Below are positions 36,945 to 48,853 of a stretch of 64,000 bases of DNA, in pieces. Numbering within the stretch: the first letter of the stretch is position 1; each line of letters begins with the position of its first letter. This DNA comes from Candidatus Latescibacterota bacterium (GTDB lineage Bacteria > Latescibacterota > UBA2968 > GCA-2709665), in NCBI GenBank assembly GCA_965116875.1, contig OZ220733.1:3552001-3616000 (forward strand). Reading direction: 5' to 3'. A program made the translations under genes and the position numbers. The notes under the pieces are model-generated. The model did no database searches, was not told where the DNA came from, and saw only the letters and a program-made list of their open reading frames with translations.

Positions 36945-39110
36945 TCAATACCTGCGTCGCCTGCGTCTTCCGGGTTTATTTCTGCGGTTTCGCCCACGTT
37001 CCGGCCTTGAGCCGCCTTCCTTCAGCAAAAAGTCGAGCCGGCGGAATCTCCTGTCCGCCCGTACGAGCCGGACCACCACCGGGTCGCCCAGACGGAACCG
37101 TCTGCCGGTACGTTTTCCAATCAGGGCGCCTTCGCTTTCATGATGCACGTAGTAGTCGTCGCCGATTGTACTGACCCTGACCAGGCCGTCAACCAGGTAG
37201 TCGGTAAGCTCCGCGAAGAAACCGATGGACCGGACGCCGACGATGACCGCATTGAATTCATCGCCCACGCGTTCTTCCAGAAAGCGGATCTGTTTGACCT
37301 TTACGGACGCCCTTTCCGCCTCCTGAGCCACGCCTTCCCTGCCGGTTACGACGTCGCCCAGCAGCGGAAGTCGTTCCCGGAGCCCGTTCTTTCGTTCTTC
37401 GGTCAGCCCTGCGGCCTCTTTCAGGAGCCGATGGACCAGCAGGTCGGGGTATCGTCGAATGGGGGAGGTGAAGTGGGTGTAGGTGTCGCAGGCGAGTCCG
37501 AAGTGACCGACGTTGTCCGGCGAATAGACGGCTTTCTTCATGGACTGTAACAACCTGGCGTTCAGCACCTGACCGAAGCGCTTTCCTTCCACCGAGGCCA
37601 GGAATTTCTGAATATCGGCAGCGGTGATCCGGTCCCGCCGCGGAAAGCGCATCCCGAAGGCGGCGGCCGTGTCTGCGAATTCCGCGAGCTTTTGCGCGTC
37701 CGGCTTTTCGTGAACGCGGTAGAGGCCCGGCAGATTCCGGTCTCGAAGATGGCGCGCCACGGTCTCATTGGCCAGCAGCATGAATTCCTCGATGATCCGG
37801 TGGCTGTCGAGGCGTTCGCTCTTGCGGATTTCGGTGACGCGGCCCTCGCCGTCCACGACAATGCGCGGTTCGGCTATGTTGAAATCGATGGCGCCCCGCT
37901 TCATTCGCCGGTTGGTGATGTGCCTTCGCAGCGTGTCCATCTTCCGCAGTACGGAGACGTGTGGCGCAGGATCGGCCGACCGGCTTCCATTGAGAAACTG
38001 CTGGGCCTGACGGTAGGACAGCCTTGCCCTGCTTCTGACCACGGAGGGTACGATCCGGGATTCCAGCGGCCGGCCGTTCGCATCCAGGTCGATCAGTACG
38101 CTGACGGCAAGCCGGTCCTTATCGGGAAGCAGGGAGCACAGGTGTCCGGAGAGGCGCTCCGGCAACATGGGAATCACCCGGTCCGCGAGGTAGATGCTGG
38201 TCCCTCGCGCCAGGGCTTCGTGGTCCAGCGGGCTGCCTTCTCTTACGTAATGGCCAACGTCGGCAATGTGTACGCCCAGCCGAAATCCGCCTTCAGGGAT
38301 ATTTTCCAGAGAGACCGCGTCGTCGTGGTCCCGGGCGTTTTCAGGATCGATGGTAACGCAGTGGAGATGACGCAGGTCCAGCCGGTTACGGGTTTCTGCC
38401 TGGGGGATCCGGTCCGGAAACTCGTCTGCGGCCGCAAGTACCTGCGGGGGAAATTCGATGGGCAGGTCGTACTCTTTGACGACGGAAAGGGTGTCGATGC
38501 CCGGGTCGCCGGATTGCCCCAGAACTTCGACGACCTCGCCTTCGGGATTGGCATGTCCGGGGAGCCAGGGCCGGAGCCGGACAACGACAAGCTGGCCGTC
38601 GCGGGCGCCTCCGGCATCTTCGGAGGAAATGTGGAGATCCCGCGGAAATCGGGGATCGTCCGGTTCCACAAAGCTGAAATTGGATCCCGAGCGATAGACC
38701 CCCACGATCGATCTGGCGCCGCGTTCGAGTACACGGTTTACCTCGCCCTCGGGTTTGCCGCCGCGCCTTCGGGATAACCGGACCACGACACGGTCGCCAT
38801 GCAACGCGCCACGCAAGCCTCCGGGTCCGACAAAGACGTCCGGATTCCCGTCTTCCCGGCAGACGAAGCCGAACCCCTCGGGGTTGACGCTGAGAAGACC
38901 CGCTGCAAGCTTGAGACTTTCCGGTGGGCCGAACCGGTTGTTGCGAAGCCGGATGATGGCGCCTTCCCGTTCGAGCTGGACGAGCAGGCGTCGGAATCGC
39001 CGATAATCGCTTTCGGGCACTTTCAATGCCCGGCTCAGCTCACGAGGTTTGAGCGGGCGCCCCGATTCACTTCGGATAAAATCCAGAACGCGGTTGCGGG
39101 TTATGGACAT
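36945..39110 (-). CDS. rnr: Ribonuclease R
   Basis: TIDPENARDHDDAVS, HIADV, YTHFTSPIRRYPDL, S1 domain, basic tail. Confidence 0.97.
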   Translation of the reverse strand: MSITRNRVLDFIRSESGRPLKPRELSRALKVPESDYRRFRRLLVQLEREGAIIRLRNNRFGPPESLKLAAGLLSVNPEGFGFVCREDGNPDVFVGPGGLRGALHGDRVVVRLSRRRGGKPEGEVNRVLERGARSIVGVYRSGSNFSFVEPDDPRFPRDLHISSEDAGGARDGQLVVVRLRPWLPGHANPEGEVVEVLGQSGDPGIDTLSVVKEYDLPIEFPPQVLAAADEFPDRIPQAETRNRLDLRHLHCVTIDPENARDHDDAVSLENIPEGGFRLGVHIADVGHYVREGSPLDHEALARGTSIYLADRVIPMLPERLSGHLCSLLPDKDRLAVSVLIDLDANGRPLESRIVPSVVRSRARLSYRQAQQFLNGSRSADPAPHVSVLRKMDTLRRHITNRRMKRGAIDFNIAEPRIVVDGEGRVTEIRKSERLDSHRIIEEFMLLANETVARHLRDRNLPGLYRVHEKPDAQKLAEFADTAAAFGMRFPRRDRITAADIQKFLASVEGKRFGQVLNARLLQSMKKAVYSPDNVGHFGLACDTYTHFTSPIRRYPDLLVHRLLKEAAGLTEERKNGLRERLPLLGDVVTGREGVAQEAERASVKVKQIRFLEERVGDEFNAVIVGVRSIGFFAELTDYLVDGLVRVSTIGDDYYVHHESEGALIGKRTGRRFRLGDPVVVRLVRADRRFRRLDFLLKEGGSRPERGRNRRNKPGRRRRRRY

Positions 39111-39383
39111 GGCGTCAATCCATCCCGATCGCGGTAAATTCCCATATTCTCCCGAAACGTCGGCGCCGCCGCTATTTTCTTGATGCGGCGGGGCGATTTC
39201 CGTATTTTTGGGCGGCTGTCCGAGTTCGCGTTAAATATATAAGTTAGTCAGCAGAAAATCAAAAACAAAAGGGGGAAAAAACGGAAATTTCCATCTCAAG
39301 AGAGGAACGCCGCAAAGCAGATCACTCTGATTCATCGTATTTCGCGCCCTGTATCCGATAATCTTCACCAAAGGAGCACCGTT

Positions 39384-39845
39384 ATGAGACGTCTGTATCC
39401 CTTTGTTCTTCTTCCGTTATTTCTGTTGGCTTTCCACGGGTCCGTGTATGCGCATTGCGAAATCCCCTGCGGCATCTATGGCGACCAGGCCCGGTTCGCG
39501 GCTATAGAGGAAAACCTGAAGACCATTGAGAAGTCCATGAACCAGATCAACCTGCTTTCGGCTGAAGCGGGCAAAAACACGAACCAACTCGTTCGGTGGG
39601 TAAACAACAAGGAAATGCACGCGGATCAGATTCGGGATATTGTTGCGCAGTACTTCCTTGCGCAGCGCATCAAGGCGCCTGCGAACGACGATCCGACCGC
39701 CGTAAAGGCGTATTCCGACAAGCTGGCGCTGCTTCATCAGATGATCGTTTCGGCGATGAAATGCAAGCAGACAACCGATACGGCCCATGTGAAGAAGTCG
39801 CGAGAACTGTTACGGTCGTTCGAGACGCTGTACATGAAAAAATGA
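39384..39845 (+). CDS. sodN: Nickel superoxide dismutase precursor with signal peptide
   Basis: Ni-hook HCEIPCGIY directly after hydrophobic leader ending VYA; NQLVRWV, YFLAQRIK, MKCKQ. Confidence 0.9.
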   Translation: MRRLYPFVLLPLFLLAFHGSVYAHCEIPCGIYGDQARFAAIEENLKTIEKSMNQINLLSAEAGKNTNQLVRWVNNKEMHADQIRDIVAQYFLAQRIKAPANDDPTAVKAYSDKLALLHQMIVSAMKCKQTTDTAHVKKSRELLRSFETLYMKK

Positions 39846-39940
39846 AGCGCCGCGGGCCTGTTTTGTCCCGATTCAGCCGGAAACACCACGCCGGGTCTGT
39901 CCATCAAGACCCGGCTGTTTTTTCAAATGTCAGATTTTGC

Positions 39941-39969
39941 TTGCCATGAATACGCCGGTTTGATATATT
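39941..39969 (+). promoter_or_regulatory. Sigma70-type promoter of groES-groEL
   Basis: TTGCCA-17 bp-TATATT directly upstream of CIRCE. Confidence 0.65.
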
Positions 39970-39974
39970 GCTTG

Positions 39975-40001
39975 CTGGCACTCAATATGTCAGAGTGCTA
40001 A
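39975..40001 (+). promoter_or_regulatory. CIRCE element (HrcA operator)
   Basis: CTGGCACTC-N9-GAGTGCTAA versus consensus TTAGCACTC-N9-GAGTGCTAA. Confidence 0.9.
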
Positions 40002-40076
40002 CAACGAGCTGTTAACCATTTAAAATCAATACATTCAACGCCGGTCCCGTCTCAACTATTCAAGGAGGTTAGAGAC

Positions 40077-42031
<1,955 letters not shown>

Positions 42032-42190
42032 CAGCCCGTTGAAAAAGTCCATCCGGGCTACGGCCGGCCCTTGCGGTCGAAATACTGCGTTGCGCTCCCT
42101 CGCCGAATCGAAGGATGGGACTCGGTCGCGCGCCTTGTCTTCGTCCACAATGGCTCGGCCTCGCCTGCAGAGCGACTTTATCAACGGACT
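42032..42190. mobile_element. MITE family M1 copy starting at the groEL stop codon (CTAG)
   Basis: Near-identical to 24532-24691; right end lacks the terminal G and target duplication. Confidence 0.8.
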
Positions 42191-42239
42191 TCAAGAGAAG
42201 TGATGCCTCCGTCAGCTGTGAAGGAGGCCGAAGAAAAAG

Positions 42240-42276
42240 AGAAACGCGCCTTTTTTCAAAGGCGCGTTTCTTTTTT
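42240..42276. terminator. Bidirectional intrinsic terminator between groEL and moeB
   Basis: AGAAACGCGCCTTT-TTTC-AAAGGCGCGTTTCTTTTTT with A-rich 5' side. Confidence 0.7.
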
Positions 42277-42352
42277 GATTCGCCAGGTGTGTTAACCTTG
42301 ATTCGCGATGATTCGGGGATCCGGATGTCGATTATATACAGAAGAACAGAGG

Positions 42353-42376
42353 CGGATGGACTTTTTCAACGGGCTG
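42353..42376 (-). mobile_element. Isolated M1 terminus at the moeB stop codon
   Basis: Reverse complement CAGCCCGTTGAAAAAGTCCATCCG preceded by TTAA; perfect 24-bp inverted match to 42032-42055. Confidence 0.7.
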
Positions 42377-43558
42377 TTAATCGTCCGCGGCTTCCTGCTG
42401 CGTCACGCCGCTGCAGAAGGCGACGTAGTCGATGAGTTCGGTAATCTCGGGATTGTCGCCGCAAACCGGGCAGCCGGGGTCGCGACGGATTTTGAACGTC
42501 CGGAAACTCATCGCCAGCGCATCGTACATGAGCAGCCTGCCGATAAGCGGTTCACCCTGGCCGAGAATCAGTTTGACGACTTCGGTCGCCTGAATTAACC
42601 CCACGGTTCCCGGAAGCACGCCAAGGACTCCCGCGTCGGCGCAGGACGGCGCCAGCTCCGCGGGCGGGGGTTCCGGATAGAGGCACCGGTAGCACGGACC
42701 CTCCAGGTCGCAGGGATAGATGGTCACCTGCCCCTCGAACCGGAAGATGCTTCCGTCTACGATGGGTTTGCGCGCGAATACGCAGGCATCGTTGACCATA
42801 TAGCGCGTGGGAAAGTTGTCACATCCATTCACCACGATGTCGTAGTCCGCGATGATGTCCATCACGTTTTCGGAACTCAGGTACTCAACGTACGGGACCA
42901 CCTTGCATCCCGGATTCAGGTCCTGCAGGGTTTCCCGTGCGGATATGGCCTTCGGCCTGCCCAGGTCGGATGTGCCATGCAGGATCTGGCGCTGAAGATT
43001 CGTGACGTCCACGACGTCCGCGTCCACGATTCCCAGGGTGCCGACACCGGCCGCGGCAAGATAGTAGGCCGCGGGGCTGCCCAGTCCGCCGGCGCCCACC
43101 ATCAGCACCTTTGCATCCAGCAGCTTTCCCTGGCCCTTTTCGCCCACTTCGGGGACCAGGAGATGCCTGGAGTACCGGTGAACTTCGGCCTTGCTGAGCG
43201 CCCGGTCCTGCTGAACCGGCAGACCCGCCTCCACCCACGCGTTGAAACCGCCGTCGATGTAGTGGACGTTTTCATATCCCATATTCTGCAGGTCTCTCGC
43301 GGCCAGCAACCCCTGGCTTTCGTCCCCGTAGACGATGATGGCGGTTGAGCGGTCGTTCGAGAGGGTCTCGATGCGCAGTTCGAGGAATCCCCGGGAGAGG
43401 TTCTCCGCGCCTTCGATATAACCCCCGGCGTAGTCCTCCCGCTCCCGTACGTCCAGCAACAGGACGCCGTCCATCCGCTCCCTGGCTTCTTCCGGCGAGA
43501 TACCCCGGACTTCGCTCCTGACACGCTCCATAAGCGATTCAAATGCCGTGCTCATCAT
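42377..43558 (-). CDS. moeB: MoeB/ThiF adenylyltransferase with N-terminal rhodanese-like domain
   Basis: RYSRHLL, VGAGGLGSP, NLQRQILH, CYRCLYP, PSCADAG, CPVC; the rhodanese domain contains no Cys. Confidence 0.9.
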   Translation of the reverse strand: MMSTAFESLMERVRSEVRGISPEEARERMDGVLLLDVREREDYAGGYIEGAENLSRGFLELRIETLSNDRSTAIIVYGDESQGLLAARDLQNMGYENVHYIDGGFNAWVEAGLPVQQDRALSKAEVHRYSRHLLVPEVGEKGQGKLLDAKVLMVGAGGLGSPAAYYLAAAGVGTLGIVDADVVDVTNLQRQILHGTSDLGRPKAISARETLQDLNPGCKVVPYVEYLSSENVMDIIADYDIVVNGCDNFPTRYMVNDACVFARKPIVDGSIFRFEGQVTIYPCDLEGPCYRCLYPEPPPAELAPSCADAGVLGVLPGTVGLIQATEVVKLILGQGEPLIGRLLMYDALAMSFRTFKIRRDPGCPVCGDNPEITELIDYVAFCSGVTQQEAADD

Positions 43559-43637
43559 GTTCCCCCCGGTGCAAAGTTGCGGTAACCATGTCCTGATAAT
43601 GTATCCAAAACCAGCCTGGAAGGCAAAAGTTTATGCG

Positions 43638-43800
43638 CAAGGAAAAAGGAAGAAGGTAGAAGGATGAAGAGCGGGGAGACGGAAGAGGTGAGACGGCAGA
43701 AGAAATCCTTGCCAGATCAGAACTTCCTCTATGCCTTTGGCACGAGAAGAATCGTCAAAAGGCAGGGCAATCCCTCCCTTCTCCCGTCTCGCCTCTCACC
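43638..43800. repeat. Purine-rich heptamer tract plus about 100-bp element (copy A)
   Basis: AAGGAAA/AAGGAAG/AAGGTAG units, then AGAAATCCTTGCC...TGCCT..GGCAC...GAATC.TCAA.AGGCAG...CTCCCGTCT...TCTCACC; homologous to 45922-46088. Confidence 0.65.
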
Positions 43801-43858
43801 CGGTGGTGAGGTGTGGTGTGTTCCTCTACCGGCTCCCGTCTCACGTCTTCCCGGTTTC

Positions 43859-44677
43859 TCACGATATCGTAATCTTCGGCCCGGGTTGCTCGTGTGCGTC
43901 GATCCGGTCCATGATCTTCTGCGCGATTTCGAGAAAGGTCCGGGACTCGCCGGATTCGCCTGTCGCAATCGGATCGCCTTCGTCGCCGCCCTTGCGAATG
44001 GCCGGCAGAATGGGCAGCTGACCGAGCAGAGGGACGTTGAATGCCTGGGCGATCCGGTCGCCGCCGCCGGTTCCGAAGATCGCCGCGGATTCGCCGCAGC
44101 AGGGACAGATGAAGGCGCTCATGTTTTCCACGGCGCCCAGAATGGGGACGTCCACCTTACGGAACATTTCGACGCTTCGCGTTACGTCTTCCAGGGCCAC
44201 GTCCTGCGGCGTGGTGACGATCACCGCGCCGCTGAGCGGAACAGTCTGGGCGAGTGTGAGTTGTGCGTCTCCGGTTCCGGGCGGAAGATCGACGACGAGG
44301 AAATCCAGCGCGCCCCACGCGACGTCCGTCATGAATTGCTGGATCATCTTCCCCACGATCGGGCCGCGCCAGATCACGGGTGTGTCCTCTCCGGCGATGA
44401 GTCCGAGAGACATCAGTTTCACGCCGTGGTTTTCGAGCGGGATGATCTTGCCGCCAACGGCCCGGGGTTGCTTTGCGGCGCCCAGCATCATCGGGACGTT
44501 CGGTCCATAGATGTCGGCATCGAGCAGACCGACGGTCTGACCCTGGCGCGCCAGGGCGACGGAGAGGTTCACGCTGACGGTGGTTTTGCCCACGCCTCCC
44601 TTGCCGCTGGAAACGGCCACGATATGCTCTACTTCGGGTATGGGGCGAGGTTTCGGCATGCCGGGTGGCATTTGCAT
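43859..44677 (-). CDS. mrp: Mrp/ApbC/NBP35 Fe-S carrier ATPase
   Basis: SSGKGGVGKT, DADIYGP, IWRGP, DLPPGTGD, VENMS..CPCC. Confidence 0.92.
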   Translation of the reverse strand: MQMPPGMPKPRPIPEVEHIVAVSSGKGGVGKTTVSVNLSVALARQGQTVGLLDADIYGPNVPMMLGAAKQPRAVGGKIIPLENHGVKLMSLGLIAGEDTPVIWRGPIVGKMIQQFMTDVAWGALDFLVVDLPPGTGDAQLTLAQTVPLSGAVIVTTPQDVALEDVTRSVEMFRKVDVPILGAVENMSAFICPCCGESAAIFGTGGGDRIAQAFNVPLLGQLPILPAIRKGGDEGDPIATGESGESRTFLEIAQKIMDRIDAHEQPGPKITIS

Positions 44678-44730
44678 GGGTTCATTCCTTGAAGGTTGTT
44701 TGATTGTCAGGATCTAAATAGGGAGTCGAT

Positions 44731-45909
44731 CTAGGTTCCCCGCCTCTTTGCGCCGGAGTATGGTGATATGTTGCGCAGGCGTCCGACTTCCTCGATGACG
44801 CGACCCGCCGCCCGGTCGATTTCGGCCCCGGTGTTGAATCTTCCAATCCCGAACCGGATACTGCCCTCGGCAAGGCGGTTCGGCACCCCGAGCGCGCGCA
44901 GAACGTACGAGGGTTCCAGCGAGGCCGACGTGCATGCGGAGCCGGACGAAAGCGCGATTTCCCCCAGGCCCACCATGAGGCCCTCGCCGTCCACGCCTTC
45001 GAAGCTGACGTTCAGGTTTCCATCCAGGCGCTTCTCCGGATGTCCGTTGAGATGGATATCGTCCACACCATCGAACAGACGTTTTTCCAGCCGCTCACGC
45101 AACTCGCGCAGCCGGGTTCCTTCAGCGGCCATTTCCGCTCGCGCAAGTTCGCAGGCCGCCCCGAGACCCACGATGCCGGGCACATTGAGTGTGCCCGACC
45201 GCATGCCGCGTTCGTGACCGCCTCCGTCGATTTCCGCCACGAGGCGGACCCGCGGCCGGCTGCGAACGTAGAGTGCGCCAACGCCCTTGGGTCCGTACAG
45301 TTTGTGGGCTGAGATCGAGAGCATGTCAATGCCGAGAGTCTGCACGTCGACGGGCAGCTTGCCGACGGCCTGGGCTGCGTCGCAGTGGAAGAGGACGTCG
45401 CGTTCCCTGCAGACAGCCCCGATCTCGTCCAGCGGCTGTATCGTACCGATTTCGTTGTTGGCCGCCATGATGGTAACGAGCACGGTGTCTTCCCGTATCG
45501 CGTCCGAAACGGCTGCCGGGTCGACCTGTCCAAAACAATCTACGGGAAGGACGGTGACGTCGAAACCGCGCCGTTGGAGCGCTTTACACGAATCGAGGAC
45601 GGCGTGGTGCTCCGTGGCCTGGGTGATGAGGTGTCCGCCCTTGTCCCGGCGCACGGCGGCCACGCCCTTGATGGCCAGATTGTCCGACTCCGTCGCGCCG
45701 CTTGTAAAGATGATCTCCCTCGCGTCCGCATGGATGAGTTCCGCGATCTGTTCCCGGGCCCGGTCCACGGCGGCTTCGGCGGCCCACCCGAAGCTGTGGG
45801 TACGGCTGGCCGCGTTGCCGAAATCCTCCCTGAAAAAGGGCAGCATTGCGTCCAGTACCCTGGGGTCGACGGGTGTGGTGGCCTGGTTGTCGAGATAGAT
45901 ATGGGACAT
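44731..45909 (-). CDS. iscS: Cysteine desulfurase
   Basis: [35 protein letters not shown]; the longer ORF-track start comes from the heptamer tract. Confidence 0.95.
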   Translation of the reverse strand: MSHIYLDNQATTPVDPRVLDAMLPFFREDFGNAASRTHSFGWAAEAAVDRAREQIAELIHADAREIIFTSGATESDNLAIKGVAAVRRDKGGHLITQATEHHAVLDSCKALQRRGFDVTVLPVDCFGQVDPAAVSDAIREDTVLVTIMAANNEIGTIQPLDEIGAVCRERDVLFHCDAAQAVGKLPVDVQTLGIDMLSISAHKLYGPKGVGALYVRSRPRVRLVAEIDGGGHERGMRSGTLNVPGIVGLGAACELARAEMAAEGTRLRELRERLEKRLFDGVDDIHLNGHPEKRLDGNLNVSFEGVDGEGLMVGLGEIALSSGSACTSASLEPSYVLRALGVPNRLAEGSIRFGIGRFNTGAEIDRAAGRVIEEVGRLRNISPYSGAKRRGT

Positions 45910-45921
45910 ATCGAGAATCGG

Positions 45922-46088
45922 GTAGAAAGAAAAAGGAAGAAGGTAGAAAGAAAAAGGATGAAGGAAGAAGGAAAAAGGAAGAAGGAAGCAGAAATCCTTG
46001 CCCGATATTTTATTCCACGATGCCTGCGGCACAAAGAGAATCCTCAAGAGGCAGGCAATCTCTCCCCTCTCCCGTCTTGCGTCTCACC
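45922..46088. repeat. Purine-rich heptamer tract plus about 100-bp element (copy B)
   Basis: Direct-orientation homolog of 43638-43800. Confidence 0.65.
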
Positions 46089-46099
46089 GCTTTTACCCT

Positions 46100-47032
46100 T
46101 CATTCCCCTTCGAACAATGCCGTGACGAAGGCTTCCGGTTCGAAGTCGCTCAGATCGTCCTGGCCCTCTCCCATGCCGACCATACTGACGGGGAGACCGA
46201 GTTCGTCGGCAATGGCAATGACCACGCCGCCCCTGGCCGTGCCGTCCAGTTTCGCCAGAACCAGGCCGGTAACTCCAATGTCCGCGTGAAATTGCCGGGC
46301 CTGCGCGACGGCGTTCTGTCCGGTGGTCGCGTCCAGGACAAGCAAGGTTTCGTGAGGCGCGTCCGGCAGGCACTTACCCAGGACGCGACGGATTTTCTTG
46401 AGTTCCTCCATCAGATTGATGCTCGTGTGCAGGCGCCCGGCAGTGTCGATAATGACGACGTCCATATCGCGGGACCGGGCGGCGTCAAGCGCGTCGAAGG
46501 CCACCGAGGCGGCATCCGCGCCGGGCCTGTGGCGAACGATATCGGCACCCGAACGTTCGGACCAGATCGATAGCTGGTCGATCGCGGCGGCCCGGAAGGT
46601 GTCGCAGGCGGCCAGGAGCACCCTCTTACCGCTTGCGCCGTACCGGCAGGCCAGCTTTCCGATTGTCGTCGTCTTGCCTGATCCGTTGACTCCGGCGACC
46701 AGGATGACGTGAGGTCTGGCGCCAGAAGGCCCGCGGCCCGGAGGCTGGGCAGCGCGGAGGATCCCCAGCAGTTCGTCTGCCAGCCGCGCCCGCACCCAGT
46801 CTTCCGTCCGCTCGGGCGCCGGCCCGTCCCGCAGGCGCTCGCGGAGACGGTCGATGATCCGCAGGGTTGCGTTGACACCCACGTCGGCCCGGATCAGGAT
46901 TTCTTCGATCTCCTCGAGGGTTTCCTCATCCAGTGCGGGGCTGCGCCGCAGGACCTCGCTGATTTTTCCGGACAGTCCCTCTCGGGTCTTTGAGAGGCCC
47001 TGTTTGAATTTTTGCAGGAAATTTCCGAGCAT
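46100..47032 (-). CDS. ftsY: SRP receptor FtsY
   Basis: GVNGSGKTTT, DTFRAAA, DTAGRLH, KLDGTARGG. Confidence 0.95.
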   Translation of the reverse strand: MLGNFLQKFKQGLSKTREGLSGKISEVLRRSPALDEETLEEIEEILIRADVGVNATLRIIDRLRERLRDGPAPERTEDWVRARLADELLGILRAAQPPGRGPSGARPHVILVAGVNGSGKTTTIGKLACRYGASGKRVLLAACDTFRAAAIDQLSIWSERSGADIVRHRPGADAASVAFDALDAARSRDMDVVIIDTAGRLHTSINLMEELKKIRRVLGKCLPDAPHETLLVLDATTGQNAVAQARQFHADIGVTGLVLAKLDGTARGGVVIAIADELGLPVSMVGMGEGQDDLSDFEPEAFVTALFEGE

Positions 47033-47143
47033 GCTGCCGCCGGCTCCTCGTGTGGCGCGCGGATTCGCCCCGTGAACGGCCATAATCAGAAGGGGCACGG
47101 CGCACCGTGCCCCAGGGCGGACTGCTGCGGTGGCGGTCAGCCC

Positions 47144-48049
47144 TCAGTACGACGTTTCCCTGAGGAGGTCCAGGATGCGCTCCAGATCGTCGTCTGTATA
47201 GAACTCGATTTCGATTTTTCCCTTTTTGCCCCGGCGGTTGATATTCACGCCCGTGCCGAACCGGCGCTGCAGGTCTTCCTCGAGCGACAGGACCTGAGGG
47301 TCCTTGCCGCGTTGCGACGGTCCGGAGGGTTCGCGGCGCCCTGCCTTACCGGCCTTGACAAGACGCTCGACCTGCCTGACAGAGAGGCCGTCCGAAATGG
47401 TTTTCCTGCAGAGATTCGCCTGCATCCGGTCGTCTTCCAGGCCCAGGAGCGCGCGCGCGTGGCCCATGGAAATCTTTTTTTCCTGCAGGGCGTTTCTGAC
47501 TTCCTCCGCCAGGTGCAGAAGCCGCAGCGTATTGGTCACGGTGGACCTGTTCTTGCCGACTTTCTGCGCCACCTCTTCCTGGGTCAGGAAGCAGGATTCC
47601 ATCAGGGCCCGGTAGGCCTTTGCTTCTTCAATCGGATTCAGGTCTTCCCGCTGCACGTTTTCGATGAGCGAGATTTCCATCATCTCCTGGTCCGATCCCA
47701 CGTCAAGCAGGATCGCGGGCACGGTCTCCAAACCCGCCTCTTTCGCGGCGCGGAGACGTCTTTCACCCGCGATGAGCTGGTATCCGGTCCGGTCGCGCCG
47801 GACAACGACGGGCTGGATGACCCCTTTTTCCCTGATCGAGTCCGCCAGTTCCCGGACGGGTTCCGGCTCGAACTCCTCCCGGGGCTGGTGCTTGTTCGGC
47901 CGGAGGTCTCCAACCGCGACGTCGAAAATCCGCGCCTCGGGGTGGGTGTCGCCCGCTGCCGTCGATCCCTCGGTCTGTTCCGGGGTCGACTCATCCGCGC
48001 CGGGGATCAGTGCGTCGAGGCCTCTGCCGAGGGCCTTACGCCTGGCCAT
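47144..48049 (-). CDS. parB: Chromosome partitioning protein ParB
   Basis: ALGRGLDALI, IAGERRLRA, ENVQREDLNPIEEA, HTH. Confidence 0.96.
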   Translation of the reverse strand: MARRKALGRGLDALIPGADESTPEQTEGSTAAGDTHPEARIFDVAVGDLRPNKHQPREEFEPEPVRELADSIREKGVIQPVVVRRDRTGYQLIAGERRLRAAKEAGLETVPAILLDVGSDQEMMEISLIENVQREDLNPIEEAKAYRALMESCFLTQEEVAQKVGKNRSTVTNTLRLLHLAEEVRNALQEKKISMGHARALLGLEDDRMQANLCRKTISDGLSVRQVERLVKAGKAGRREPSGPSQRGKDPQVLSLEEDLQRRFGTGVNINRRGKKGKIEIEFYTDDDLERILDLLRETSY

Positions 48050-48803
48050 GGTTGATTACCTCCCCTGCCAGGCTCATGTAGTTCCGGGCTCCTGGCGACA
48101 TAATGTCGTACAGGATGATGGGCTTGCCAAAACTCGGCGCTTCGCCGAGTTTGACGTTGCGGCCGATGACGGTGTTGTAAACGCGGTCTCCGAAGTGGTG
48201 ACGGGCTTCATCCACGACCTGTCTGGATAGATTGAGCCGGGTGTCGAACATCGTGAGCAGAACGCCTTCAATTCTGAGCGGGGGATTGAGACGGCGCTGG
48301 ACCAGCCGCAGGGTATTCAACAGCTTTCCCACACCCTCCAGCGCGTAATATTCGCACTGTATCGGAATGAGGACGGATCCGGCGGCGGTGAGCGCGTTGA
48401 GGGTGAGCAGCCCAAGGGACGGCGGGCAATCGATCAGCAGGAACTCGTAGTTTTCGCCAGCCTTCTCCAGCGCAACCCTGAGCCGGTGTTCCCGGGCGCC
48501 AAGGTTTACCATCTCGACTTCCGCACCTGTGAGCCGCACATGCGACGGGGCCACGTTCAGGTAGGGAATCTCGGTTTCTCTGGCGATGTCGGCGAGCGGG
48601 TGCTCCTGAACGAGAACCTCGTAGATGCAGGGGTCCTCTCGTGCTATTGATACGCCGAAGCTGCTGGTGGCGTTCGACTGCGGGTCGAGGTCGACCAGGA
48701 GGGTCTTCTTTTCCGCGGCCGCCAGGCAGGCGGAAAGGTTGACGGCTGTCGTGGTCTTTCCAACGCCGCCCTTCTGGTTGGCAATGGCAATGATTCTCGG
48801 CAT
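48036..48803 (-). CDS. parA: Chromosome partitioning ATPase ParA/Soj
   Basis: NQKGGVGKTT, DLDPQ, DCPPSLG, QCEYYALEG. Confidence 0.96.
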   Translation of the reverse strand: MPRIIAIANQKGGVGKTTTAVNLSACLAAAEKKTLLVDLDPQSNATSSFGVSIAREDPCIYEVLVQEHPLADIARETEIPYLNVAPSHVRLTGAEVEMVNLGAREHRLRVALEKAGENYEFLLIDCPPSLGLLTLNALTAAGSVLIPIQCEYYALEGVGKLLNTLRLVQRRLNPPLRIEGVLLTMFDTRLNLSRQVVDEARHHFGDRVYNTVIGRNVKLGEAPSFGKPIILYDIMSPGARNYMSLAGEVINHGQA

Positions 48804-48853
48804 GAATGGAAAACCCTGTACGGCGCCGCGCCTCTGTTTTTATTGAATTGGGG

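Noticed and set aside
45910-46047. Phe-rich N-terminal extension of IscS
   Set aside because: It is the translation of the pyrimidine heptamer tract; the conserved start is MSHIYLD at 45909.
47144-48850. parS site or origin near parAB
   Set aside because: No GTTTCACGTGAAAC-like palindrome or DnaA-box cluster was seen.
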